In this document: positions 1 to 11,465 of the stretch, one piece after another
Layout: each line of letters begins with the position of its first letter
Position numbering within the stretch: position 1 is the first letter of the stretch
Assembly: GCF_009914755.1 (NCBI RefSeq)
Contig: NC_060937.1
Direction: 5' to 3' (one strand)
Origin: the human T2T-CHM13v2.0 reference genome, Homo sapiens
DNA length: 64,000 bases
The notes under the pieces: model-generated
What the model was told of the DNA's origin: nothing
What the model saw: only the letters and a program-made list of their open reading frames with translations
The model's database searches: none
Translations under genes and position numbers: made by a program

Positions 1-400
1 GCCCCAGTGTGTGATGTTCCCCTACTTGTGTCCATGTGTTCTCACTGTTCAACTCCCACTTATGAGTGACAACATGCAGTGTTTGGTTTTCTGTTCCTCT
101 GTTAGTTTGCTGAGAATGATGGTTTCCACCTTCACCCATGTCCCTACAAAGGACATGAACTCATCCTTTTTAATGGCTGCATAGTATTCCATGGTGTATA
201 TGTGCCACACTTTCTTTATCCAGTCTACCATTGATAGGCATTTGGATTGGTTCCAAGTCTTTGGTATTGTGAATAGTGCTGCAATAAACATATGTGTGCA
301 CGTCTCTTTATAGTAGAATGATTTGTAATCCTTTGGGTATATACCCAGTGATGGGACTGCTGGGTCAAATGGTGGTTCTGGTTCTAGATCCTTGAGAAAC
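1..400 (-). mobile_element. L1PA LINE-1 3' fragment (ORF2 C-terminus plus start of 3'UTR), runs off the window edge
   Basis: ORF 49..402(-) reads ...[22 protein letters not shown]...[20 protein letters not shown]..., the L1 ORF2 C-terminus. Confidence 0.95.
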
Positions 401-529
401 ATTTGCTAAGAGTGATGGCTAGGGGCTAAGACATATACTCCCACTGGATTCTCAGAGCAGTTATGAGAGGAAGCCGGGCATACGTTACACCCCAGTAATA
501 TGAGATGATGGTGACTTGTCATATTTTAC

Positions 530-890
530 CCATTTGTTTACTCAGCAACTATTTGTTAAACATCATGTGTCAAGCTGTGCTTAAAGAGCAAGGAATATAT
601 AGAGAGAAACCAGACAGGCAAGATACTTGTTCTCATTTGAGTCACCAGGTCCAGGTCCACAGTGCCACAGAAAGGAGGCTGGCAAGTATGTGGGGGCCTG
701 AGAGGGCCTTGTTTTCCACAGTTAGAAGAGTGGGCTCCCTACTAATTAAACAGGAGGAAAAGGCATAAAGTAGTCATATTTGCAGTTCAGAATGTCACTC
801 CAGCATCACTGGGGAGAATGTACTGAGACTGGGAACATTCTGAGGCCAGAGGCAAGGACAAAAGTGCAGGAGTATTGGATAATTGTAAGC
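530..890 (-). mobile_element. Degraded L2 fragments
   Basis: tttactcagcaactatttgttaaacatc...tgtgtcaagctgtgct resembles the L2 3' end in reverse orientation; boundaries approximate. Confidence 0.55.
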
Positions 891-964
891 AAATGTCTAG
901 TGGAAAGAATCTGTAATAGGATATTCAGCAATCCTTACAAGAAATCTTTGCAAAATAGTAAGGA

Positions 965-1250
965 GGCCAAGCGCAGTGTCTCATGCCTGTAATCCCAACT
1001 CTGGGAGGCTGAGGTTGGAGGATTGTTTGATCCCAGGAGTTTGAGACCAGACTTGGCAACATGGCAAGGCCCCATCTCTACTAAAAATACAAAAAGTTCG
1101 CTGGACATGGTAGCATGCACCTGTAGTCCCAGCACTCAGAGAGGCTGAGGCAGGAGGATCATCTGAGCCTGGGAAGTTGAGGCTGCAGTGAGCTGTGGTG
1201 GTGTCACTGCACTCCAGCCTGAGCGACAGAAAAAATAATAATAATGATAA
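965..1250 (+). mobile_element. Alu (AluJ-like)
   Basis: ggccaagcgcagtg...tgtaatccc start; J-type gaggattgtttgatcccaggagtttgagacc and gaggctgcagtgagctgtg; A/AAT tail. Confidence 0.95.
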
Positions 1251-2253
1251 TATAATTAAGGAAAAGGGGGGAAGGGATGAAAGGGGTGGCATAGACAATT
1301 CTTGTTAAGTTATTGAATGTAGATCTTGGAGGAAAGAAAAAATTAGGGGGAGATTCTGCTGATGGAATCCGCTGACTGGAAGGACACCTTCAGGAACAGC
1401 TCCGCTTCCACCCCACCCCCATCTTCACATGCACTTGATCCAACCAGGGGCCCTTCCCCGGCTGGGTCTTTTAGCTTCCCACTCACTTTCCAGGATTAGA
1501 AAGTTCAACCCAAGTGTCTTAGGTTTTGTATCTGTCTCAGTGCATTTTCCCTCCATTCACTCTGGCTTGACCTCAAGGGGAGAAGAGGGAAAGGTCCTTC
1601 GTGCTGCAGTTCAACCTCCCTAAACCCCTGTGAGGCTTCCTACTCTTCATACCCCAGAGCTTCCCCTGGAGGCTGAGGTGAGGGAGGCCGTGTGAAAAGG
1701 AATGAAAGGGAACCTGAAAACATATTTCCACTTAGCTGATGCTGGGCCTCCCTCTCTCATTGGCCAAGGCCCCGAGTCATGGCAGCCATTCAAGGCTGGC
1801 TTCTACATTGCGTGCAGTTGAGGGTCCTTCTGACTCCTCACCCGGGAGCTCCCCGTCTCCACAATCCGCTGGCAGGGTCAAGGCACTTCCAGCTCTCTTG
1901 CCTTTCCCAGCCCTCAGCTCCTGCCCTGTGGTCTCCCTGCAGGTCCTTTTTGCTGCAGTCCTTTTGCTCCAGAAACCCTCCCTCCTGACTCAGGTCTTTC
2001 TGAGATGGATGGGCTCTACTCTCTTCCCTGGCCTTCACTACCCACAGAAAAACTCATGGTCCATAGTCCTTTCTAAACTCATGGTCCTTTCAAACAGCTT
2101 GGCCACCTGTTGACCTCTGCCTCTTCTCCATGCTACAGGCATCCTTCTACCTTCAGGACAGGGACAGGCACAGGCACTGGTCCCTAGGACCACTGCACTA
2201 GAGGACACAGTTCCACATCTGCTGAGACCAGTCTCAGGCCTCAGTTCAGCAGG

Positions 2254-2407
2254 AGCACTGAGCAGGCCTGCAGTCCACTGAGTTCAGCAAGCGACTGGCC
2301 AGCAACCACAGTGATGCTGCGCTTCTCACAAGCACTGAGCAGGCCTGCAGTCCACTGAGCTCAGCAAGCGACTGGCCAGCAACCACAGTGATGCTGCGCT
2401 TCTCACA
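2254..2407. repeat. Tandem duplication, 77 bp x2
   Basis: 2254-2330 and 2331-2407 are identical except one T/C (gagttcag vs gagctcag). Confidence 0.95.
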
Positions 2408-2838
2408 AACCCCCAGATCTCTCCCTGGGATTCTCACAGGCCTAAGATCTCACTCACACGTGGGAGCAGAGAAGTGCCCAGCGAGTTTCACTTTACAAAA
2501 TCACATAAATAAGTTTCTATCCCACAAAATACATGTTGAGTGTTTTCTTAGACAAGCTCTTTGAGGTGGGGACCATAACAACAATTTACTTATCTTTTTG
2601 CAAGTGCTGCATGCCTGAGTTTTGTATTTCTCTGCATAATATGGGGAGGGAGCACTCATTATCTTCAGTTGGAGACTTCAAATTCAGAAAAAAAAAAAAC
2701 AGGAAAAGCAGCATTGAGCATCCTCCTGCAGAAATGTCAAGGTCATGTGATTTGGAGAATCTCTCAAATATAGCTAATTATTGGAATGCATAAAATATAA
2801 AGCCACAACATCCATTTTCTCAGATTTCATTTTTATAG

Positions 2839-2962
2839 CTGGGGTCAGTCAGCTTTTTCTAAAAACATCCAAAAAGTAAATGTTTTCAGTTTCAGTTTTG
2901 CAGGCTACGCAGTCTCCCGTGGTGCGTCGCATTAGGCCCTAGGCCATAGTTTGCTGACTCTG
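2839..2962. mobile_element. MER58A-like hAT-Charlie MITE, internally deleted
   Basis: ctggggtcagtcagctttttct...agtaaatgttttc...ggccatagtttgctgactctg matches both MER58 termini. Confidence 0.65.
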
Positions 2963-3091
2963 GATTTATATAGCATTGAAACCAAACTGTCATGGTTAAC
3001 AGAGTACACATCTGTGAAACAAGACTTAGCAGCAATTATACAGTATATAAGACATGCCTTTCAAAATGTAAGTTATCGAGTAGGATTTTGA

Positions 3092-3237
3092 AGCATGGGT
3101 TCTCATTTGGAGGTACAGAGATTGCCTGAATCCCTCAAAATTGTAAGCAAAACTGTGTGTAACTGTATTTTTCTAGGGACTCAATCATAATAGCCAGGAG
3201 GTTCCCAAGGGGTTAAAAAAAAAGATTAGAAACACTG
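3092..3237. mobile_element. MER103-like hAT DNA element
   Basis: gggttctca...ctcaaaattgtaagcaaaactgtgtgt...ttttctaggga...aaaagattagaaacactg. Confidence 0.55.
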
Positions 3238-3419
3238 CTTTAAAAGTAAATATCAATATCAAAATGGACAATGTAACATTTTCTTTCTTATAACAATAGT
3301 TGCAGTACTCTAAAAAACTCTAATCTAGAAAAGCATGTGTTTAACCGCTAGTAATGATATTTTCTAGCCTAGCTGATTTGCCCAGTCACATTCCTGGGCC
3401 CCCTAAGCTTCACAGGGAA

Positions 3420-3780
3420 GGCAGGAAAAGGGGAAAGTGAGCCTCTGTCACAAACCCATTGAGTTCTTCCATAACACCCAAGCTCGTCTCCTCCTTTCAG
3501 CTCCTCCTTCTCACAAACTGCGCAATCCCCTTAGGGTGTAGCGAAACTCGGGGGTATTCCCAGGAGGATCAATTCCCTTTAGACAGGCCAAGCAGGAAAT
3601 AAAATTGGATTACTCATAGGTAGGAGAATGTTCTTAGAAATTCCTTTTTACTGTTGTTTTGTTTTTCACTCAACATGCCAAAAACCACACCTCGTAACTC
3701 TGGGAAATTCATCTTCCCCCACTATATAAAGAAGTCTTTAAACCAAAAACTGTGGCTCTTACAGGTGATCTAAATGTGGC
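3420..3780. promoter_or_regulatory. Candidate inducible enhancer (C/EBP, NF-kB, ETS, AP-1, STAT5, RUNX motifs)
   Basis: ctgcgcaat 3518-3526; GGGGTATTCC 3551-3560; caggaaat ~3593; ttactca 3610-3616; TTCTTAGAA 3631-3639; aaccaca 3683-3689. Confidence 0.45.
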
Positions 3781-4293
3781 ATTAAAAACTTATAAAAATT
3801 TGTTTAAAAACAGCATTGTGCACATAGTCACCCCAGTAGGAAAAATAAAGCAAAATCAAGAGATTTTAAGTCAATGAGACCAGAGTTAAAGAGATTCAGA
3901 GAAGACTTACATGCAAAGATTTTCAAGAAATTTGTATATATAATATCACAATTTGTCACATAAAAAGAGATAGAGTGGAAAAGCCATATCTCCAAATGTT
4001 ATAAAATTTTTAAAACGATCAATAAACTCCAAATAGCATAATATTGAAGAACAAAATTGCAGAACTAAAAATACCCAAACCTCATGAGTTCCTGTAAAGC
4101 TACTATGATCAAGATGTTGTGGCACTGGCAAAGTAATAGAAAAATAGATCAGAATAAAGCAGAACAGATAGCCCTGAAACAGACCCACGTAAACACAGTC
4201 AACTGATCTTTGACAATGGGACAAAGGTAATATATTGGAGTGAAGACAGACTTTCCAACAAAGGGTGTTGAAACAACTGGACATCCACATGCC

Positions 4294-4492
4294 AAAAAAA
4301 AAAAAAAAAAAAGGAAAGAGAAATGACCAAAAAAGAGAGAAAAAAACAGAAAGAAGGAAGGAAGGAGGGAGGGAGGGAGGGAGGGAAGAAGGGAGGGAGG
4401 GAGGGAGGGAGGGAAGGAAGGAAGGAAGGATAGAAAAGAAAGAAAGAAAAAGAAAGAAAGGAAGGAAGGAGAGAAAGGGAAAAAAGAAAGAA
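4294..4492. repeat. Polypurine compound repeat: poly(A), (GGGA)n, (GGAA)n, (GAAA)n
   Basis: About 200 bp almost entirely A/G on the + strand. Confidence 0.95.
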
Positions 4493-4844
4493 TCTTAACA
4501 CATACAAGTTTTACAAAAATTAACTCATAATGGATCATAGACCTAAATGTAAAATGCAAAACTATAAGACTCCTTGAAGATAAACATCAGAGAAAATCCA
4601 AACGGCCTTAGGTTTGGCAATTATTTTTAGATACAACACCAAAGATACAATCCATGAAAGAAATAAGCTGGACTTCATTAAAATTAAAAACTTCAGTCTG
4701 TGGTCAGACACTGCCAAGACAATGAGAAAAGGTAAGCCACAGACATGGAAAAAATATTTGCAAATAACGTAAGTGATAAAGGAGTGTTATCCAAAATATA
4801 TAAAGAACTCTTAAAACTCAACAATAAGAAAATGAACAGCCCAA

Positions 4845-5294
4845 TTTTTATGTTTTTATTTTTGTGACTTTATTTCCAAATTATTTTAAGTTCAAGGGTA
4901 CATGTGCAAGATATACAGGTTTGTTACATAGGTAAATGTGTGCCATGCTGGTCGGCTGCACAGATTATCCCATCACCTGGGAATTAAGCCCAGCATTCGT
5001 TAGCTATTCTTCCTGATCCTCTCCCTCCTCCCACCCCCAACCCTCTGACAGGCACCAGTGTGTGTTGTTCCCCACAGTATGTCTATTTGTTCTCATCATT
5101 CAGCTCCCACTTACAAGTGAGAACACACAGTATTTGGTTTTCTGTTCCTGTGTTATTAAATAGTTTGCTAAGGATAATGGCCTCTAGCTACATCCATGTC
5201 CCTGCAAAGGACATGATCTCATTCCTGTTTATGGCTGCACAGTATTCTGTCATGTATATGTACCACATGTTCTTTATCCAGTCTATCATTGATG
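4845..5294 (-). mobile_element. Older L1PA 3' end nested in L1M, with TSD
   Basis: T-rich tail, then gggtacatgtgcaagatatacaggtttgttacatagg; TSD gaacagcccaa at 4834-4844 and 5295-5305. Confidence 0.9.
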
Positions 5295-5384
5295 GAACAG
5301 CCCAAGTTTTAAAAATGGGCAGAGAAATGAGGATGTTTCATTATAAGAAGGGGGTTAATTCATCGAGGAAAGTGAGTGGTGCGG

Positions 5385-5612
5385 TTTCCTCTTACTTGGG
5401 GGAAGTCAGCCTTTTTGTTCTGTTCAAGCTTTCAACTGATTGCATGAGGCCCACCCACACTGGGGAGGGCCCCCCCTTTAGTCAGTCCACTGATTCAAAT
5501 GTCAATCTCATCCAGAAACTCTCTCCCCAAAACACCCAGAATAATGCTCGACCAAATATCTGCGCACCAAATATCTGGCCCAGTCAAGTTGAAACATAAG
5601 GTTCACTATTAC
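5385..5612 (-). mobile_element. MLT2 (ERVL) LTR fragment
   Basis: cccagtcaagttgaaacataaggttcactattaca is the reverse complement of the MLT2 start; gattcaaatgtcaatctcatccagaaac. Confidence 0.85.
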
Positions 5613-6207
5613 AGTGGGGGACTCTGTGCATGTAGAGGGGAAGGGGTGTACAGAAACCCTCTGTATCTTCCCTTCCATTTTTCCGTAAACCTAAAAAACT
5701 GCTCTAAAAATAAAATCTATATTTAAAAAAAAAAAGTTTAACTCAGAAAGAACAGCACACTCTTCAAAAAAGTAATCTCCAAATGTAACTACATGAAAAG
5801 TGAATGACTCTTACAGAAATACATTTTAGTTAAATGGAATTGATTAGCTAGATTTAACCGACTGTTCAAAAGTGCCCCCAAAGCAGGTGTTAACTCACAC
5901 CCTTCCTTATTACACGAAGATAATAGTAAATGAGCAATTTAAATGTCTATAATGATTATTCTATCAGCATTGTGTATGAGGATTTCTGGATACAAACAGA
6001 AGGAAAGGGAGAAATCTTTAGCATAAGGAATTCAGCCCCCTCCAGTCTAGACCACAGGACAGGAGGCCTATTTAGATCCTTCAGCACAAAGCACACTCAG
6101 TCCAGGACAATACAAAAAAGACCCTAAATGCTTTGGTAGCAACAAGAGAAGGTATATGTGACTGACTAGTACATCAGGCTTGACGATGAACCACAGCTCA
6201 ATAAAGT

Positions 6208-6390
6208 CAGAGACTGCCAAACTATTGCTTCAATATGGCCCCCCCACTTTTCTGTAAATAAAATTTTATTAGAACTTGGCCATGCCCATTTGTTTACTTA
6301 CGTCTGTGTCTGTTTTTGTACTGCAAAGGTAGAGTTTAGTAGTTGCAACAGAGATTATATGGACCACAAAGCCTGAAATACGTACAGTTT
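6208..6390. mobile_element. MER58A-like MITE, interrupted by an Alu
   Basis: tgtaaataaaattttattagaac...gagtttagtagttgcaacagaga...ccacaaagcctgaaata. Confidence 0.8.
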
Positions 6391-6393
6391 TGG

Positions 6394-6697
6394 TTTTTTC
6401 TTTTTTTTTTTTTTTCTGAGATAGAGTCTCACTCTTACCCAGGCTGGAGTGCAGTGGCGCGATCTCGGCTTGCTGCAACCTCAGCCACCCAGGCTTAAGC
6501 AACTCTTGTGCCTCAGCCTCCCATGTAGCTGAGAACACAGGTGCCCGCCACCACACCCAGCTAATTTTTGTATTTTTAATAGAGACATGGTTTCTCCATG
6601 TTGGCCAGGCTGGTCTCAAACTCCTGGCCTCAAGTGATCTGCCCTCCTTGGCCTCCCAAAGTGCCAGGATTACAGGCGTGAAGAATCATGCCTGACC
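6394..6697 (-). mobile_element. Alu (AluJb/S-like)
   Basis: Poly-T, gagatagagtctcactc...ctcccaaagtgccaggattacaggcgtg. Confidence 0.95.
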
Positions 6698-6799
6698 AAC
6701 TCTCTTGTTGTTCACAGAATAATTCTGTCAAGTCTTTATAAAGTTCATCATTTTTTTAAAGGAGAAATTTCTGCTCTTTTTAATTGTATGAAGAAAGGT

Positions 6800-7015
6800 C
6801 CTAAATGCAATGTGGTTTCCTGAAGGAAGCGCATTCACTGATAACCTAGTCAAATCTGAATAAAGTCTGTAGGTAAGTTAAAAATAACATAGTGTGTTAG
6901 TGTCTGGATTTTAATAAATGTACCATGGTTGCATAAGATGTTCATGTTAGAAGACCTCTCTGTGCTCGCCTTGCCATGTTTTTGTAAATCTAAAATTTTT
7001 CCAAAATTTTTAAAT
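6800..7015 (+). mobile_element. Old L1M 3' fragment
   Basis: aaatgcaatgtgg...aaatgtaccatggtt...taagatgtt...tttttgtaaatctaaaatt. Confidence 0.6.
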
Positions 7016-7480
7016 AGGCTTTAAAGAAAAACTCCTCAGCAAATAGATATTTGCAATAAACATGCACAGTGTGAAATAAGTCGGTCTCTAATCATAGCAA
7101 TCATGTGGCTATGGGAGTCATTCTTTTATTCAATAAACATTTATTAAGAAATTGCAACAATGATAACAAAAAACTACTTCACAAATATATGGATAAAAAT
7201 CAGCTTGCTTCCCTAATGTTGGCAATTTTATCCCAGCCATATGTTAGAAACTATAAAAACATTGCTGATACAGTTAATAATATAAAAGTAAATGAAGAAG
7301 AAAAATGACAATCACATTGTAAGCAGAAGCTATAGATGTGTACATCACAACTAATTCAGAGACCAAAGTAATCATGACTTTCATTTTTAACCATCCTAGA
7401 GGAAGGCTAGAAAAAGAAGTATGAAATGAATACTACTTCCTTAAAGTAGTACTATGAGAGGAGAAGGTTAAAAGCATCTT

Positions 7481-8031
7481 CGTTTATCCAGTCTGTCACT
7501 GATGGACATTAAGGTTGATTCCATGTCTTTGCTGTTGTGAACAGTGCTGCAATAAACATCCGAATACACATGTCTTTATGGTAGAATGATCTACGTTCCT
7601 CTGGGTATATACCCAGTAATGGGACTGCTGGGTCGAATGACAGTTCTACTTTTAGCTCACTGGATAGAGAAAAGGTGGTACATACACACCATGGAATACT
7701 ATGCAGCCATAGAAAAGAACAAGGTCATGTCTTTTGCAGGAACATCAATGGAGCTGAAGGCCATTATCTTTAGCAAACTAATGCAGGAACAAAAAACCAA
7801 ATACCGCATGCTTATGAGTGGGAGCTAAATGATAAGAACTCATTTAGGGCACAAAGAGAGGAACAGCAGTCACTGGGGTCTACTTGAGGGTGGAGGGTGG
7901 GAGGAGGGAGAGGAGCAGAAAAGATAACCATTGGGTGATGAAGTAATCTGTACAGCAAACCTCTGTGACACGAGTTTACCCATGCAACAAACCTCCACGG
8001 GGACCCCTGAACTTAAAATACGAGTTAAAAC
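7481..8031 (+). mobile_element. 5'-inverted (twin-primed) L1PA with TSD
   Basis: 7481-7658 is antisense L1, 7659-8031 is the sense 3' end; TSD aagcatctt at 7472-7480 and 8032-8040. Confidence 0.9.
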
Positions 8032-9189
8032 AAGCATCTTTGAACATCTGCTCTTTGCACAGGTTGTGTGTCTCCTCTCCTGGTGCCTGCCAGATCTGAG
8101 CACCAAGAAGGCATTTACCCACCTGGAGTAAACCCAAATTACCCAGGCTCAGGGACCAGTCTGGATATACCCTTCTGTGTGACAGCAGATCAGAGAGAAA
8201 TTGTTTATAACCCTGACAAAAAAAAAATACAATATTATGCAACATTCAAATGGTGTTTTGGATTATGGGAGGCAAAGCAAGTGGGACTGAAAACACACAC
8301 CGGGGAATGACTGAACGGTGAAACCAGGACAGGCCCTCAAGCCGGCCAGACAGATGTCAAGAGGAAATAAACAACACGACAGCGGTGCCCGCATAGGGAG
8401 ATTTTGCAAAGTCCTGGGGTTTTACTTTCTCATCAATTGCACAAATTAGGAACTGTTTTCTGCCTAATGACTGTCCACACACATGGGTAGGTAAATAGCT
8501 CTGCTGCCCACAGGATACAGAGATAAAGAGTTATGGGGAGCAGCTATTTAGGAGAGCATATTACCATGTCTCATTCCTCTAAGATTTAGACTCTAGTATT
8601 CAGACTCTGCGAAGTTAAGAGGAACATCCACATACACTTGCCCTCTCCCTTCTCAGTCTGTTTCATCACCTGCAAATTGAACAGATTAGAATAATAGTAA
8701 TGAATGTCCCCTTCCATCCTGAGATTTATGATACTATAGGTGAGACCAGTGAGTTTGGGCATCTTTTTTACCCCATTAGGATTCCTCGTCATAGGAAAAA
8801 TAACAAAGAGTGGAGAGTTAGAGTCTACTCAAACCATTTGGGCAAGGCAATTCAGACATTCAAAGTATGTGTATATACAAGTCCTGAAATGCATGGGATG
8901 TTTGTATGAATTCAGCCTTTGGAAGCCGCTGTTATAATAACCAGCCAAGATTCAGCAAAAGCAACTATGGACTTCTCAGAGAGGAAATTTGAGTCCAGGG
9001 GGAAAATGTTATTGTTTGGATACTATTTCCTGTCATCAAGTTGCAGCCATGATTTTCTCTCCCAAGCCGGAAATGAAGTATTTCCTTATTGCCAAAGACC
9101 TGAGATACAGGGTTAAAAGCCTCAGGATGGAAAGTGATTCAGTGGCATGTAGAATTTCCCCAGGAAATGTTGGAGTAGTCAACGTGTGA

Positions 9190-9390
9190 CAGGCACAGTG
9201 CAAAAAGCTTTATATAAATTTTCTAATTTAACTCCACACATCAACTTGATGAAGAAGAGATTGTTGTTACCCCAGCTTTATACAAGAGGAACTGACTCTT
9301 AGGTTTAACAACTCACCCAAGGTCATAGAACTAAGAAGGATCTCAAACCCAAGTAGCCTGGAGGTCATAGTCTATTTTCTTAACCGCTAA
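9190..9390 (-). mobile_element. MIR
   Basis: ccccagctttatacaagaggaactgac...aactcacccaaggtcatag...tcttaaccgcta. Confidence 0.75.
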
Positions 9391-9482
9391 CATCCACCTG
9401 AACCCAAGGACATGGGGTGTGAATGCCCAGAATTACCGTCCAAAAAACCTGTCCTACTACACGAAAATTCTACTTTCAGTTA

Positions 9483-9853
9483 TTTTTTTTTTTTTTTTTT
9501 GTGGCAGAGTCTTGCTCTGTTGCCCAGGCTGGAGTGCAGTGGCATGGTCTCGGCTCACTGCAACATCTGCCTCCCAGCTTCCAGTGATTATTGTGCCTCA
9601 GCCTCCCAAATGGCACAATCTCGGCTCACAGCAACCTCCACCTCCTGGCTTCAGGAAATTCTCATGCCTCAGCTTCCCAAGTAGCTGGGACTACAGGCGC
9701 ATGTCACCACACCCAGCTAATTTTTTTATTTTTAGTAGAGACAGGGCTTCGCCATGTTGCTCAGGCTAGTCTCAAACTCCTGGCCTCAACTAATCCACCT
9801 ACCTCGGCCTCCCAAAGTGCTGGGATTACAGGCCTGAGCAACCATAGCCGGCC
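9483..9853 (-). mobile_element. Alu with a ~70-bp internal right-arm duplication
   Basis: Poly-T to ggcc spans ~370 bp; the segment tggca...ctcggctcac...cctcagcctcccaa occurs twice (9540-9609, 9611-9680). Confidence 0.92.
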
Positions 9854-11077
9854 AACAATTCTTTCTTTCACAGAAATTAAGTTTGGACTAAAACAAATCT
9901 CCCTTTCTTCACTATAGTCCTAGATGGCTCAGGCTGGAGTTCCTCCATCCTACAGGATTCCTAAGACTTCCCATTAGCCAACTGACCCATCTCAGAACAC
10001 CACCTGGGTTGTTCTGGGGGGCTTCCTAAGATGAGTTGACATTATGAGCAATTGGCTATTTGAAAACTAGGGTTAAACGTTTGCTATATAACTTCTCAGT
10101 TATAAGAAAAACTCACATGAGACTTGCTCATGGGAGCTTCATTTAGAATAAAAATGCCTCATCTTCACATAAGAAAGACACAACTACCTTTTTTCCCCTC
10201 TCATTAAATGATAGTTACATAATCTGTTTTTTATGTCATTCCCATTTAAGCTGTTATCCTGGATCTCTGGTGGCAATACTAGACAAAATTTGCAAAACTG
10301 TTTTTCTTATTCAGGAATATATTTGCCTTATATGACTACATTGCTATTTTTCATTCATATGTTGGGAATTTGTTTACCTTATTTTAATTTATTAACTTAA
10401 TATATTTTAAGGTTTTCTGCTTTACCTTGAGCTAGTTTTCACAATTCTTACAAAAAGGTCCAAAGTCAGACTCTTCTTATATCTGAAATTTCTAACCATG
10501 TTAACTTATCTCTAAGGAAAACACACAAAATTCATGATATTCACTCATTTTTAACCTACCAAAATTGTAATTTCTTACAGTTTTGCTCACTATATCTGGT
10601 TGAACAAAAAGCAGAAAGTCTTATAAATATCTTAAAGCTAATGAATGAAAGTAGTATTGTTGATTTATATATTTATGCAAATATACTTTTCTACATGCAT
10701 CTGAATAACTATATAGTGATATACTTTATATTAGACTGCCCATGGTATTCTTAACACGAGGAGTTAAAACCACAATTCAGTTGTGTATCAGAATTGGCAA
10801 AAAGTGTTTTGGTCTAAGGAAGCGATGGTGATGATAGTGATGTCGTAATAGACGTCTGTGATGGGTCTCTCTGAGACACACTGTTCTGTTCTTGTCAGTT
10901 CCTGTTAATCTAAATGTGACTTCTGAAATGAGGAAGAAAGAAGGCAGCAATCTAAGAAAACAATTTGTGAGAAAAAAATGCAAAAAGTGAACATACAGGG
11001 CTTGCAAATGATGAAGAAGATTAAGAATGTAACTTCTGAAAGATATGCTTAGCAAGCATTTGAAGGGACCCTGGGAC

Positions 11078-11465
11078 TGTGTGTGCATGTGTGTGTGTGT
11101 GCGTGTGTGTGCATGTGTGGTGTGGTGTATGCATGTGCTGTGAGCGTGTGTGTGATGTGTGCATGTGCGTCATGTGAGCATGTGTGGTGTGGTGTATGCA
11201 TGTGCTGTGAGCGTGTGTGTGTGATGTGTGCATGTGCGTGCGTGTGAGCATGTGTGGTGTGGTGTATGCATGTGCTGTGAGCGTGCGTGTGTGCATGTGT
11301 GTGCGTGTGTGCATGTGTGGTGTGTATGCATGTGCTGTGAGCGTGTGTGTGATGTGTGCATGTGTGTGCATGTGAGCATGTGTGGTGTGGTGTATGCATG
11401 TGCTGTGAGCGTGTGTGTGTGTGATGTGTGCATGTGGGTGCGTGTGCGTGCGTGTGAGCATGTGT
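11078..11465. repeat. Compound (TG)n/GCAT minisatellite with ~60-70 bp higher-order unit
   Basis: gtatgcatgtgctgtgagcgtg recurs five times amid TG/CG alternation. Confidence 0.95.

Larger units (their letters stand above)
4030..5735 (+). mobile_element. Old L1M (L1MC-like) ORF2/3' fragments, interrupted by a purine repeat, an L1PA and an MLT2
   Basis: ORF2-like aactgatctttgacaa, tggatcatagacctaaatgtaaaa and gaactcttaaaactcaacaataag; L1MC-type 3' end at 5613-5735. Confidence 0.85.

Noticed and set aside
4149-4559. Low-complexity ORFs (PPSL, EGGR, FFL)
   Set aside because: Translation of the polypurine repeat
5060-5599. 179-aa ORF
   Set aside because: Spans antisense L1PA, L1M and MLT2 pieces; chimeric by chance
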